Assembly: GCA_050253415.1 (NCBI GenBank)
Contig: JBFWJC010000001.1
Span: 160,001 to 224,000 of the forward strand
Source: Pedobacter sp.
GTDB lineage: Bacteria > Desulfobacterota > Desulfuromonadia > Desulfuromonadales > Syntrophotaleaceae
Direction of reading: 5' to 3'
DNA length: 64,000 nucleotides
Shown here: positions 1-9,228 of the stretch, piece by piece
Layout: every line of letters starts with the position of its first letter
Position numbering within the stretch: position 1 is the stretch's first letter
The notes under the pieces: model-generated
Seen by the model: the letters and a program-made list of their open reading frames with translations, nothing else
What the model was told of the DNA's origin: nothing
Database searches by the model: none
Translations under genes and position numbers: made by a program

Positions 1-1767
1 TACCGTTACCGACAAAAAGAGGGGTACTACTTTTCCCCCAACGACATGTCGGTCATCGACCTGCTGCCGGAGCTGCAACAAGCCGGCGTAGGCAGTTTCA
101 AGATCGAGGGGCGCATGAAAAGCGCGGAATACGTGGCCAATGTGGTGACGGCTTACCGCATGGTGCTGGACGCATCTCCGGCACAGAAAAAGCAGACCCT
201 GCTGGCCGCCAAGGAACGTCTCAAACAGTCCTTCGGACGTCTTCCGACCAAAGGCTTTCTGCCCGGTCCCAAACCGACGGATATCGCCATTCCATCGCTG
301 AAAGGGGCCACCGGCCGCTTCCTCGGTGAGGTCAGTGCGGTGCGCGGCGGTGATATCACCTTTAAAACCCGGGACCGGTTGCACCTCGGTGACCGTATCC
401 GTATCCAGCCGAAAAGCGATCAGGCCGGCACCGCATTCACCATAAAGGAGCTACGTCTGGGACGGGCCAACGTCAAGGCGGCGTCTGCCGGCAGTACGGT
501 ATGCGTACCCTCAACCTTCCGCGGTACGTTCCGCGTCGGGGATGCCGTTTTCAAGGTTTCCTCCGAACAGGCCTTTACCATGAGCGAGGCGGCCTGCCGC
601 CGTAAATTACAGCAAGCCGGCAAGATCCCGACCGGACTCGATCTGCATATCGAGGTGCAGGAGGAAAGTCTGGTCCTTAAAGGCCGGGCCGGCCAGGTCG
701 AGCTCGAGCAATCCTTTACCGTACCGACCTTCCCCGCCAGCGACAACCCTTTATCGCCTGAAACCTTGCGGTCTGTTTTCGAACGCAGCGGCGATGTGCC
801 GCTGGTTCTCAGGAATATAACCACCGGCACACTGCCGCCGGTAGTCATTCCCCCCAGCCGTCTCAAGGAAGTCAGGCGTCTGTTCTACCAAAGCGTCAAT
901 CAACGCCTCGGCAATTCGGGCAGCCAGACCCGACAGACCCATCTGCAGGCCGCACTGGATCATCTGCTGCCGGGCCAGGTACCCGCTACAGGGCAAAAAC
1001 GGCAGATCACCGTGGCCATCGACCGAATGCGCGACAGCCATCTGTTGAACGATCCCTTGGTCGATCGCATCATGTTGCCGCTGACCACGTCCAATGTGCA
1101 ACAGCTCGGCCAGGGACAACGGCTTAACGGGCGGGAAGCCCGGGTTATATGGGATGTTCCCTTTGTGCTGCTGGGGCAGGAATGGCAGGAATGCCTCAGC
1201 GCCGTCCGTTTCCTGGTGTCGCGGGGGTTTTGCACTTTCCGTCTCAACAACCTGGGGCACTTCCCCCTGTTCGACGGACTGGAAGGACTCACCCTGCTGA
1301 GCGGCTGGCGTCTTTTCAGCCTCAACAGTCAGGCGGCCCTGGCCTGGGGCGAACTGGGCGTTACCGAGGCAACCCTGTACCTGGAGGACGACCGCGCCAA
1401 CCTGGCGGCCATATTGCAGCACGACTCGGGGCTGGAAACCAACCTGACCGTGTATGCGTCGGTGCCACTGATCACCTCGCGCATCCCGCTGCGCGGCCTG
1501 CGCAGCGACAGCCCGGTGCTTTCCGACCGCGACGATGCTTACAGGGTGGACCAGCGTGGTGGCCAGACGGTAGTCAGCTCGGCTACCGACTTTTCCCTGC
1601 TGGGGCGTCTACCTGAACTGGAAAACATGGGCTTCCATCGTTTCATCATCGACCTGTCGCACGTCGGGCCGTTCTCTGTGCAGGGCAAACAGGTGCTGGA
1701 CGCCGTGCGCCGGGGCAGCAACATAGCGGGGACCTCTGACTTCAACTTCGAACGCGGCATGGAATAA
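1..1767 (+). CDS. U32 family protein (RlhA/TrhP-like RNA hydroxylation-type, long form), 5'-truncated by window edge
   Basis: Frame is open from base 1 (YRYRQKEGYYFSPNDMS...). U32 motifs FSPND and SFKIEGRMKSAEYV are present, followed by a long C-terminal extension. Confidence 0.85.
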   Translation, partial: YRYRQKEGYYFSPNDMSVIDLLPELQQAGVGSFKIEGRMKSAEYVANVVTAYRMVLDASPAQKKQTLLAAKERLKQSFGRLPTKGFLPGPKPTDIAIPSLKGATGRFLGEVSAVRGGDITFKTRDRLHLGDRIRIQPKSDQAGTAFTIKELRLGRANVKAASAGSTVCVPSTFRGTFRVGDAVFKVSSEQAFTMSEAACRRKLQQAGKIPTGLDLHIEVQEESLVLKGRAGQVELEQSFTVPTFPASDNPLSPETLRSVFERSGDVPLVLRNITTGTLPPVVIPPSRLKEVRRLFYQSVNQRLGNSGSQTRQTHLQAALDHLLPGQVPATGQKRQITVAIDRMRDSHLLNDPLVDRIMLPLTTSNVQQLGQGQRLNGREARVIWDVPFVLLGQEWQECLSAVRFLVSRGFCTFRLNNLGHFPLFDGLEGLTLLSGWRLFSLNSQAALAWGELGVTEATLYLEDDRANLAAILQHDSGLETNLTVYASVPLITSRIPLRGLRSDSPVLSDRDDAYRVDQRGGQTVVSSATDFSLLGRLPELENMGFHRFIIDLSHVGPFSVQGKQVLDAVRRGSNIAGTSDFNFERGME

Positions 1768-1853
1768 CCTCCCTGCCCTGTCCTCTTCATAAAAGCGCTG
1801 CCTGTACCCACGGTCCAGTTCTTTTGCAGAGGGATCAAAACCAAAAAATCTGT

Positions 1854-1978
1854 ATCTCACGCAAAGCCGCAAAGCTGCCAAGAAGTTCAACACCCATGTT
1901 TCTGGGGTTGCTTTTCTTTGCGTCTTTGCGTCTTTGCGTCTTTGCGGCTTGAGCGACTGCAAGGAGCGGGCGTGAGAT
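1854..1978. repeat. REP-like palindromic element with 4x tandem TCTTTGCG
   Basis: ATCTCACGC (1854-1862) and GCGTGAGAT (1970-1978) are inverted ends. CGCAAAG units on the left complement TCTTTGCG x4 at 1915-1946. It lies between convergent genes. Confidence 0.75.
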
Positions 1979-2014
1979 GATTTTATATTGATTTTACTTC
2001 CCTCGCCCGCCCGC

Positions 2015-2641
2015 CTATTCGATCGATGGCGCCACAGGCTGCATGCCGGCATCGGGAAGGGTAATAAACAGGCTTGTCGCCAATTCCGCCAACCCTCGCA
2101 ACCGGTCATAATCCGGATTGTGAAGCGGCATGGCCGCAGCACCCCCTTCCAGCACATGCGCACGATCACGCCAAAGATCCCGCTCTTGTTTGCCATCCAC
2201 CACCCGTGCCTCGGCAGCGATCTCAAACTGCGGCGGCGGATTGGTTTCGCTGTAGGTGCCGCTGCTGAACAGGAAATCGACATGCACGGCCAACACCAGA
2301 TCGGCCGGAGCCGTTACCCTGGCCACAAGTTCCTCCGCAGGCACCACTGTCAAAGACCTGCGCTCCAGACGTGGTAGTGGCTGCAGCTCTGCAACCATGT
2401 AGCCTTTGGTTTGCAGCGCCTGTCGCACCTGGAGCAACAATTCCCGATCCAGACCACTCTGCGGCAACGGACGATAACGCTCGTCGAAAGACACACCCAC
2501 CAGCGCTACGCTACGCGCCTCTGTCGGCCACGCCGTAGCATCAACAAACAGGGCGGTTTTCGGGACCGTGGTACATCCGCCTAACAGCCCTGCCATGATA
2601 AACATGCCCCGTAGCCAAAAATTCTTTACCCAACGCTTCAT
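2015..2641 (-). CDS. Putative lipoprotein, unknown function
   Basis: AAGGAGG RBS before ATG 2641; signal peptide with lipobox LLGG|C; 208 aa. Confidence 0.75.
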   Translation of the reverse strand: MKRWVKNFWLRGMFIMAGLLGGCTTVPKTALFVDATAWPTEARSVALVGVSFDERYRPLPQSGLDRELLLQVRQALQTKGYMVAELQPLPRLERRSLTVVPAEELVARVTAPADLVLAVHVDFLFSSGTYSETNPPPQFEIAAEARVVDGKQERDLWRDRAHVLEGGAAAMPLHNPDYDRLRGLAELATSLFITLPDAGMQPVAPSIE

Positions 2642-2770
2642 AAAGACCTCCTTGCAAGGCATTGACTTGAGTCGGTACACGCCTCCGGGATTAATCGAAT
2701 TTTAACTCCCGACTCATTGACCCCAAACACCTGCGGCTTTAAATGTTCGAGTCATCCACCAGGAGGAAGC

Positions 2771-3010
2771 ATGGCTCGTTTTCGCAGCATCCAAACTGTC
2801 ATAGACGCCATCCGCGTCGAGCAACGCACGGTTATCGCCCCCACAGAAGATGGTCACCAAGGTATCTATGTCGTCTATCCCGGCGACTATCTTTGCGTGG
2901 ATCAGGAAGGACGAACATTTCCCTGTAAGGCGGAGGAATTTGAGCGTTATTACGAACCGGTCAATGAATGCACGCCACAAAGAAGAATGAAAGGAGCTTA
3001 CCATGATTGA
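2771..3010 (+). CDS. Small PGDYG-like/phage-type protein (79 aa)
   Basis: AGGAGG RBS; motif PGDYL...EGRTFPCKAEEFERYYEPV resembles the GDYII..G.NGEFYPCKPDIF..TYE family. Confidence 0.7.
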   Translation: MARFRSIQTVIDAIRVEQRTVIAPTEDGHQGIYVVYPGDYLCVDQEGRTFPCKAEEFERYYEPVNECTPQRRMKGAYHD

Positions 3011-3247
3011 GACCTGCCCATTGTGCGGCCGCTACAGCCTGACTCCGGATTACCCACCCAAACCATGTCCAATCTGTGAGGAAGAGATTCTGAACAAAGC
3101 CTCCCTGACGGCGACCATGACCCACGCCCGGAAACACCGGCAACCTCCGGGACAACGCCCTGACGCCTGATGTGTCTATCTCCGTACCTTTCTCCCGCCG
3201 GGCAGGACACTTCATTCCACCCGGCTTTCGTGCGTTCAGTGACGAGC

Positions 3248-5398
3248 CTACGGTTGCGGGATGCAGGTTTTGCATGCCTCGATAGCCCCGGGGCGACCCA
3301 GCACGACCAGAACATCCCCGGCCTCAAGCATAGTATCCGGCGAAGGCGAAACGATACGCTGATCACCGCGCCGAATGCCGATGACCGACAGGCCGATGCG
3401 ATGGCGTAAATCGAGAGCTGCGAGGGTTCGGCCGACCCAACCGGATGCTTCAGGGAAGCTGACTTCTCCGATTTGAAACCCCTCCGGTTCGCCAGCTCCA
3501 GATTCCTTTCTCGGCGCCAGCAAATCCCCTGCCTGCATCAGACTGTCATGGCTTCCGAGCAATACCAGGCGGTCTCCGGGAAGCAGCATGAAATCCGCAT
3601 CGGGATCGAAATGACTATGCCCCGAACGGTCCACTGCCACCAGAGTTGCACCGGTGCGGGACCGCAGCGCCAGTTCGCCAAGACGCTTGCCGCCGGCCGG
3701 GGAACCCGGACGCAGTCGGATTTCCTCCAGCGTCATGGGCCAGGGTGCCTGATCGAATATCGCCTCCCGGGCGGTGGTAAGCAGATCGACAGCCTGCTCG
3801 GCGGCGTCCAGATTGGGCCATAGCACGCGGTCCGCACCGGCCTTTCGAAAAGCCTCTTCCTGCTCTGCGTTCTGAGCGGTTAACACCACCTTCCCCCTGA
3901 AATGCCGCTGCTGCAGACCCTCCAACAACGTCATGTTGGGCCCGGATCCGGGCATGGCACTGACCACCCACGGCACCTGCCCAAGCTGCAGGTGATCGAG
4001 GGTATGCGCATCGCCCGCATCGCCGTAGCGAACCCGCAAACCCCGGGAAGCTGCCTTACGTACCACCTCCGGGTTGAAATCGATCCCCAGCAAGGTTTTT
4101 CCCCGTGCCAACAGGTTCTTGGCGATATGGCTTCCGAAATTGCCCAATCCGAACAAAATCACATCTACCGGCGCGCCGGTGTCACCGGAGTCGGCCATCG
4201 CCTCGCGATACGGATGGTGTCTCTGCAACCATCCCAATGCGGGTGCCAGCCGCTCATAGATACGCCCGCTGTCCAGTATCAGGTAACTCGATACGCCGAT
4301 AGTAATCACTCCAACCAGGGTGATCATGCCCATGATGTTGGTATCGATATGCCCGAACTGCAAACCCAGTGCACCCAGAATAAGAGAAAATTCCGAGATC
4401 TGCCCCAGCGACACGCCGGCCAGAAAACCGGTACGCTTGCTGTAGCCCATCCCCCCCATGATTCCGGCCACCAGCAGCGGCTTGATCAGCAACACGAATA
4501 CCGTCAAAGCCAGCACCATCAGCAACTGCCGGCCATTGAGATTCAATTCCAGATGGGACCCGAGGGAAATGAAGAAGAACAACAACAGGAAATCACGCAA
4601 GGTCACCAGACGCGCGGCCAGAATTTCGCGAAACGAGGTCGATGCCAGGGAAATTCCGGCCATGAATGCGCCGACTTCCAGGCTTAACTTGAGTTGCTGG
4701 GAAAGAGCCGACCATAAGGCGGCGTAGGCGATGGCAAACAGCACCAGAAGTTCCTGCGAATGAGCCAGGCGTGCCAGCAGTCCGGGCAAAACATAACGCA
4801 TCAACAAGGCCGTGAGACCGATAAATGCGCCGCCCTTGAGAAGCACCAGCAGCCCGTCCCGCATCAAACCACCCTCGCTGCCACTGCTCCATGCCGTCAA
4901 TGCGATCATGGCCAGGATGACCGCGAGATCCTGCACGATCAGAACACCGAGATCGATCTTGCCGTGCAGCGCGTCGATCTCACGTTTATCCGACAGCAGT
5001 TTGACGATGATGACAGTACTGGAGAAGGTCAGAGCGGCTGCCACATAAAACGCCTGCAAGGAGCCAAACCCGAGGCCCAGAGCCAGCAGGTAGCCAAAGC
5101 CAAAGGTCAGCACTATCTGTCCGCTACCGATGGCCAGCGCCACTGGGCCGGTGCTACGGATCAGATTCACGTCAAGCTTGAGACCTACCACGAACAGCAA
5201 CAAGGCGATGCCAAGAGTGGCCAGCAGTTCATGTTCGCGGTCGGCCTGCCACAAATTCAAACCGAGCGGCCCCATCAGCACGCCTACCGCGATGAACGCC
5301 ACGATCAGCGGCTGCCGCAGTTTATGGCTGACCGCCCCCACTGCGGCGCTGGCGGCCAAGACTATGGCTGTTTCCAGAAAAATGCCGTCGACCTGCAT
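3248..5398 (-). CDS. CPA2 cation:proton antiporter (KefC-like) with TrkA-N and two TrkA-C domains
   Basis: Many TM helices, FSSTVIIVKLL and GQISEFS motifs, GLGNFG Rossmann domain, two TrkA-C repeats. Start moved to ATG 5398 (MQVDGIF) behind GGAGAGGG. Confidence 0.9.
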   Translation of the reverse strand: MQVDGIFLETAIVLAASAAVGAVSHKLRQPLIVAFIAVGVLMGPLGLNLWQADREHELLATLGIALLLFVVGLKLDVNLIRSTGPVALAIGSGQIVLTFGFGYLLALGLGFGSLQAFYVAAALTFSSTVIIVKLLSDKREIDALHGKIDLGVLIVQDLAVILAMIALTAWSSGSEGGLMRDGLLVLLKGGAFIGLTALLMRYVLPGLLARLAHSQELLVLFAIAYAALWSALSQQLKLSLEVGAFMAGISLASTSFREILAARLVTLRDFLLLFFFISLGSHLELNLNGRQLLMVLALTVFVLLIKPLLVAGIMGGMGYSKRTGFLAGVSLGQISEFSLILGALGLQFGHIDTNIMGMITLVGVITIGVSSYLILDSGRIYERLAPALGWLQRHHPYREAMADSGDTGAPVDVILFGLGNFGSHIAKNLLARGKTLLGIDFNPEVVRKAASRGLRVRYGDAGDAHTLDHLQLGQVPWVVSAMPGSGPNMTLLEGLQQRHFRGKVVLTAQNAEQEEAFRKAGADRVLWPNLDAAEQAVDLLTTAREAIFDQAPWPMTLEEIRLRPGSPAGGKRLGELALRSRTGATLVAVDRSGHSHFDPDADFMLLPGDRLVLLGSHDSLMQAGDLLAPRKESGAGEPEGFQIGEVSFPEASGWVGRTLAALDLRHRIGLSVIGIRRGDQRIVSPSPDTMLEAGDVLVVLGRPGAIEACKTCIPQP

Positions 5399-5552
5399 AT
5401 CCCTCTCCCTTCCGCCTCGGTTCGCCCTGTCAAAAGCTCTCCGGATTATTGTACCGCACATCCTATGCCGACTGTGACAGGATATAAAAAAACGGGGCTC
5501 ATCGCCAAATTTGGCGAAGAGCCCCGAATCGAAAACCATGGCTGATGAAAGC

Positions 5553-6461
5553 TTACTCGGCCAAGCTTGGTTGCAGAGGCCGCGCCACCGCGAGAGCCAG
5601 GGCAAAGGTCAACAGAACCCCGCAAAGCCCGGCCATGCCGGTCGTAAGGACCTGATGTCCGATGGCAGGAACCTGGTAACCGGCCAGAGGGGCCCAGAAA
5701 GACAGCCCTTCCGCAGGCAGAAAGTGCAGGGTGGCAGCAACCCTTTCCAGTCCATCCGGCAGTCCGCTGGCCAGAGGGCTCAGCAGCAGGGCAATAGCGC
5801 AGGCAGCCGAAAAAGGCAACACCACAGCGCGGCGACCGATGATGCCCCGCACGGAACTGGGGGCCAACAGGGCAAAGGCGGCGGCCGTAAGCAGGCCTTC
5901 TCCAACACCGATCAGGGCATGCACGCCGAGCATGGCGCCGGTTACGGTGCCCCAGGCAACGGCACCGGATGCAGCCAGTTCCACACAAACAGCCAAAGAT
6001 GCCAGCATGACCGACACCCAGCCTGCGACGCCGTACAAGAGACCTTGCCGCATCAGGCTTAGTTCAGGACGCCGGCTCAACATGCTTTTCAGCACTGCAC
6101 CAGCCGCAACTCCGACCAGGGCCATGTTAACCACGTTGGCGCCCAGAGCCATGATCCCGCCGTCACCGAACACCAGCGCCTGCACAGCCAGCACCAGGCT
6201 CATGGCCAGCACCGCAAAGGGCCCACCGAGCAGGCTCGCAGCCAGAACGCCACCGAGCAGATGCCCGGAAGTCCCGTTGGCGATGGGAAAGTTCATCATC
6301 TGTCCGGCAAAAATCAGCGCTGCAACGGCAGCAAACCGCGCTATACCGGGTTTATTGCTGGTACGGGTCGCTGCCACAACCGCCGCGCTCACACCCAAGA
6401 GGGCAACTGCCGCCGTTACCGGGCACACGGCACCGTGAAGCATTTGATCGGGGATATGCAT
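5553..6461 (-). CDS. nikMN: ECF-type Ni/Co transporter S component, NikM/CbiM fused to PDGLE (NikN) domain
   Basis: N-terminal MHIPD metal-binding motif, GTSGHLLGG, GDGG..ALGAN, C-terminal LASGLPDGLE; GGAGG RBS. Confidence 0.88.
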   Translation of the reverse strand: MHIPDQMLHGAVCPVTAAVALLGVSAAVVAATRTSNKPGIARFAAVAALIFAGQMMNFPIANGTSGHLLGGVLAASLLGGPFAVLAMSLVLAVQALVFGDGGIMALGANVVNMALVGVAAGAVLKSMLSRRPELSLMRQGLLYGVAGWVSVMLASLAVCVELAASGAVAWGTVTGAMLGVHALIGVGEGLLTAAAFALLAPSSVRGIIGRRAVVLPFSAACAIALLLSPLASGLPDGLERVAATLHFLPAEGLSFWAPLAGYQVPAIGHQVLTTGMAGLCGVLLTFALALAVARPLQPSLAE

Positions 6462-6521
6462 CTGTTCCTCCTTCAACTTGTTGGCAAACAGCCGTCGCAA
6501 TGACGGCCATAAGGATAGATT

Positions 6522-7757
6522 TTAACAGCTGATTGCTGCGGGCGCCAGATCCATGAGGGATCGATAATAACTTTCCCCGCGAATATCGGCAAGGACCCCG
6601 GCAATACGTGCCGCCACCGGCTCACGGGAGACGTACAGGTTATAGATGTAGCCGGCCAGACGGGTATCCCCGACCAGAATATAGCCATGGATACGACCAT
6701 CCTGCAGATAAACGCGCCGGAATAGCCGGTCATTGGTGAAAGTGACGGCTTCCCCCTCGAACAATCCAGCCGATACCACCGGAAAATCGAGATGTTTACG
6801 CAATACGTTGGCGTTCAGCGAGCCGGCGTAGCGCTCGTTGCGACCCAGGATGTTGGCCGCCGCAACCCGCGCCTGGGCGATCGCGTTGGGAGCCGTGGCA
6901 TAAACCCCTGCCGGACCATCTAAGGCGTGGCGCGTCACGGCTACGTCACCGGCCACCAGCACCTGCGGATCGACCAGCAGATCGTCACCCACCGCGATCC
7001 CCCCCTCGCCACCGTTGAGCATGACGGAATTGGGCTTGAAACCGGTTGCAATAATCAACAAAGGGGCTTCGATGGCTGTGCCGCTTTGCAACCGCATGCC
7101 GTGCAATTGCCCGTTACGACTTTCCAGAGAATCCACCTCGGCCGACATGTGAAATGCGATACCGCTGCGCTGCATCAGTTTGTCGGTGGCAAAACGCCCG
7201 CCATCGGTGTCGGTCATGCGCTCCAGCAACCGATCATGGCAATGCACCAGACTGACCTGCAGCCCTCTGTGGCGCAGCGCCAGAGCCGCGTCGAGGCCGA
7301 TAAAACCACCACCGATCACCACCGCCCGCTGTACCGCATGCTTACTGATGTAACGGTCGATGCCCAGCATGTCGGAAAGGGTCTTAAAACCGAACACACC
7401 CTCGATATCGAGCCATTCGGGACGGGGAAACCAGCTGCGGCTGCCCGCGGCGAAAAACAGTTTGTCATAATTCTCGACGCGACCGGATGCACTACGCAAT
7501 TGAGCCTTTTCCCGATCGATCTCGACAACTTTATCATTGAGATGCGCCGTTACCCGGTAACGCTCGTAAAAATCCCGCCCCTTCCAGAACACGTTGTCCG
7601 GCGGCTCACCGGCCAGCAGGTAGGGGATAACGCAAGGCGAGTAGGGAGCATGAGGCTCGTCACTGAGCATCACGATCTCATCTTCAAAACCGCCCAGGCG
7701 CAATTGCTGCACGAATTCGGCTGCGGCCATGCCGGTACCGACGGTCACGATCTTCAT
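6522..7757 (-). CDS. FAD/NAD(P)-dependent oxidoreductase (CODH-associated FNOR)
   Basis: VGTGMAA FAD motif, YSPC, VIGGGFIG NAD motif, VAGD; start overlaps the cooF stop. Confidence 0.9.
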   Translation of the reverse strand: MKIVTVGTGMAAAEFVQQLRLGGFEDEIVMLSDEPHAPYSPCVIPYLLAGEPPDNVFWKGRDFYERYRVTAHLNDKVVEIDREKAQLRSASGRVENYDKLFFAAGSRSWFPRPEWLDIEGVFGFKTLSDMLGIDRYISKHAVQRAVVIGGGFIGLDAALALRHRGLQVSLVHCHDRLLERMTDTDGGRFATDKLMQRSGIAFHMSAEVDSLESRNGQLHGMRLQSGTAIEAPLLIIATGFKPNSVMLNGGEGGIAVGDDLLVDPQVLVAGDVAVTRHALDGPAGVYATAPNAIAQARVAAANILGRNERYAGSLNANVLRKHLDFPVVSAGLFEGEAVTFTNDRLFRRVYLQDGRIHGYILVGDTRLAGYIYNLYVSREPVAARIAGVLADIRGESYYRSLMDLAPAAISC

Positions 7758-8350
7758 GATTTTCCCATCCTGCGACGGGCAAAGGTTTTACGGCGCAGTT
7801 CCCGATGCAACGAAAACAGCGGCGGTTCCCCCCCCTCGCCGAGCAGATACACTTTCAGGCTGGAAACCGCCCGTTTTTCCCGCTGCGGTTCGCTCTCCTT
7901 AAACACCAGCGCACCCGAGTGGCAGGCCTGCACGCAGGCCGGCGCCTCCCCCTGGGCCAGACGCTCATGACACAGATCGCACTTGTAGGCCACCTCACGG
8001 CCCGGCAGGGCGCGATGGGTGTGCTTGAAGGAGATGGCGTCGAAGGGACAGACCATGGCGCACATGGCGCAGGCCTGGCATTTGGCTGGATTCTGCACCA
8101 CCGCGCCGGTTTCCGGATCGCGGGCGATGGCCCCCGCCGGACATGCCGTCAAACAAGCGGCCGGATCACAGTGCCGGCAGGAGACGGGAAAGGCCTCGTG
8201 TTCCACACCCAGCACCCGCACGTTGACCTGGGTTTTGGCGTCACCGACCAGACCATAGACGCTGCCGCTTGGGTGATGCACCACCGCGCAGGCCATTTCA
8301 CACGATTTGCAGGCCACGCATTTGCGATAATCAACAAAAATCTTTTTCAT
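7754..8350 (-). CDS. cooF: 4Fe-4S dicluster electron-transfer protein CooF
   Basis: Four Cys clusters (CVACKSCEMAC, CRHC...CLTACP, CQACAMCAMVCP, KCDLC...PACVQAC); lies in the coo operon. Confidence 0.9.
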   Translation of the reverse strand: MKKIFVDYRKCVACKSCEMACAVVHHPSGSVYGLVGDAKTQVNVRVLGVEHEAFPVSCRHCDPAACLTACPAGAIARDPETGAVVQNPAKCQACAMCAMVCPFDAISFKHTHRALPGREVAYKCDLCHERLAQGEAPACVQACHSGALVFKESEPQREKRAVSSLKVYLLGEGGEPPLFSLHRELRRKTFARRRMGKS

Positions 8351-9219
8351 CCCTGTCCCCCCTCATTGCCTGCGTCGGCAGCGGCCAGAGCCTGGCGCTG
8401 CCGGTCAAAGGCGAGCATGTCGTCGGCCACGGCGTTCAGACCTGCCACATAGGCGCTATCCATGCCGAGGATACGGGTCACATCCGGTTCCAACGCCTCG
8501 AAGCGCGGTTCCGCGGGCAGTGTATGAATAACGTCGAACAATTGGGTCGTGTCGGTGCCGGTCGCCTCGGCGAATCGCTGCAGCTTGTCGTTTGCCTCGT
8601 TGCGATAGCGATTGACGACCAGATGGATACGGGCGATGCCCAGCTGGCGAGCTAGTTCGGCGGCATGCTTGGCCACCGCCAGAGCATTGAACGACAGATC
8701 GCTGACCACCAGACACTGGGAAAAGCCCTTGGACAAAGCGCGGCCGAAGTGTTCCACGCCGGCCTGGGTATCGAGCAGGATGGCTTCCTCGTCACGCAGC
8801 GCCAGATAGTTCAGAACCGAGTCGAGCAGCACGTTTTCCGAACAGAGGCACCCGGCCGCGGCCTGCACCACGGTACCCATGACCAGCAGACTGAGATTAT
8901 CGTCAACACGCACCCCGAAACGACCGACCACGTCCTCGACATTGGGATTGAGGCGAAACAGGGCGCCGAAGGACTTGCCGGGACGCGCACCGGTCTTCTC
9001 CTCGATATAATCGGGGTTCTGGCTGAGCGGCACGATGGCGGATGCCTCGGCCACCGGCAGGCCGAGGGCATAAGGCAGGTTCATCTGCGGGTCTTCATCG
9101 GCCGCCAGAACCTTGATGCCCCGCTGCCCCAACAAGCGTGACAGGCAGCTGGTGAGAGTGGTTTTCCCGACTCCACCCTTGCCGGTGATAACAACGCGAA
9201 ATCCTTTCATTTGTTGCAT
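8347..9219 (-). CDS. cooC: CO dehydrogenase nickel-insertion ATPase CooC
   Basis: GKGGVGKT deviant Walker A, GCLC CxC motif, DTQAGVEHFGR. Confidence 0.93.
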   Translation of the reverse strand: MQQMKGFRVVITGKGGVGKTTLTSCLSRLLGQRGIKVLAADEDPQMNLPYALGLPVAEASAIVPLSQNPDYIEEKTGARPGKSFGALFRLNPNVEDVVGRFGVRVDDNLSLLVMGTVVQAAAGCLCSENVLLDSVLNYLALRDEEAILLDTQAGVEHFGRALSKGFSQCLVVSDLSFNALAVAKHAAELARQLGIARIHLVVNRYRNEANDKLQRFAEATGTDTTQLFDVIHTLPAEPRFEALEPDVTRILGMDSAYVAGLNAVADDMLAFDRQRQALAAADAGNEGGQG

Positions 9220-9228
9220 ACTCCCCCC

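Noticed and set aside
1915..1946. Tandem octamers as a CRISPR array
   Set aside because: No spacers, repeats too short, no cas genes.
5399..5605. Longest-ORF N-terminal extensions (antiporter, cooS, hldD, dinG, NRDE, NusG-II, iscU)
   Set aside because: Downstream starts have RBSs or match family N-termini, and several extensions overlap neighbouring genes.
6927..7970. Long antisense ORFs (e.g. 6927-7970, 17384-18658, 23480-24613, 44574-45683, 49711-50733, 51280-52632)
   Set aside because: Shadow frames opposite well-supported genes in GC-rich DNA, with no recognisable motifs.
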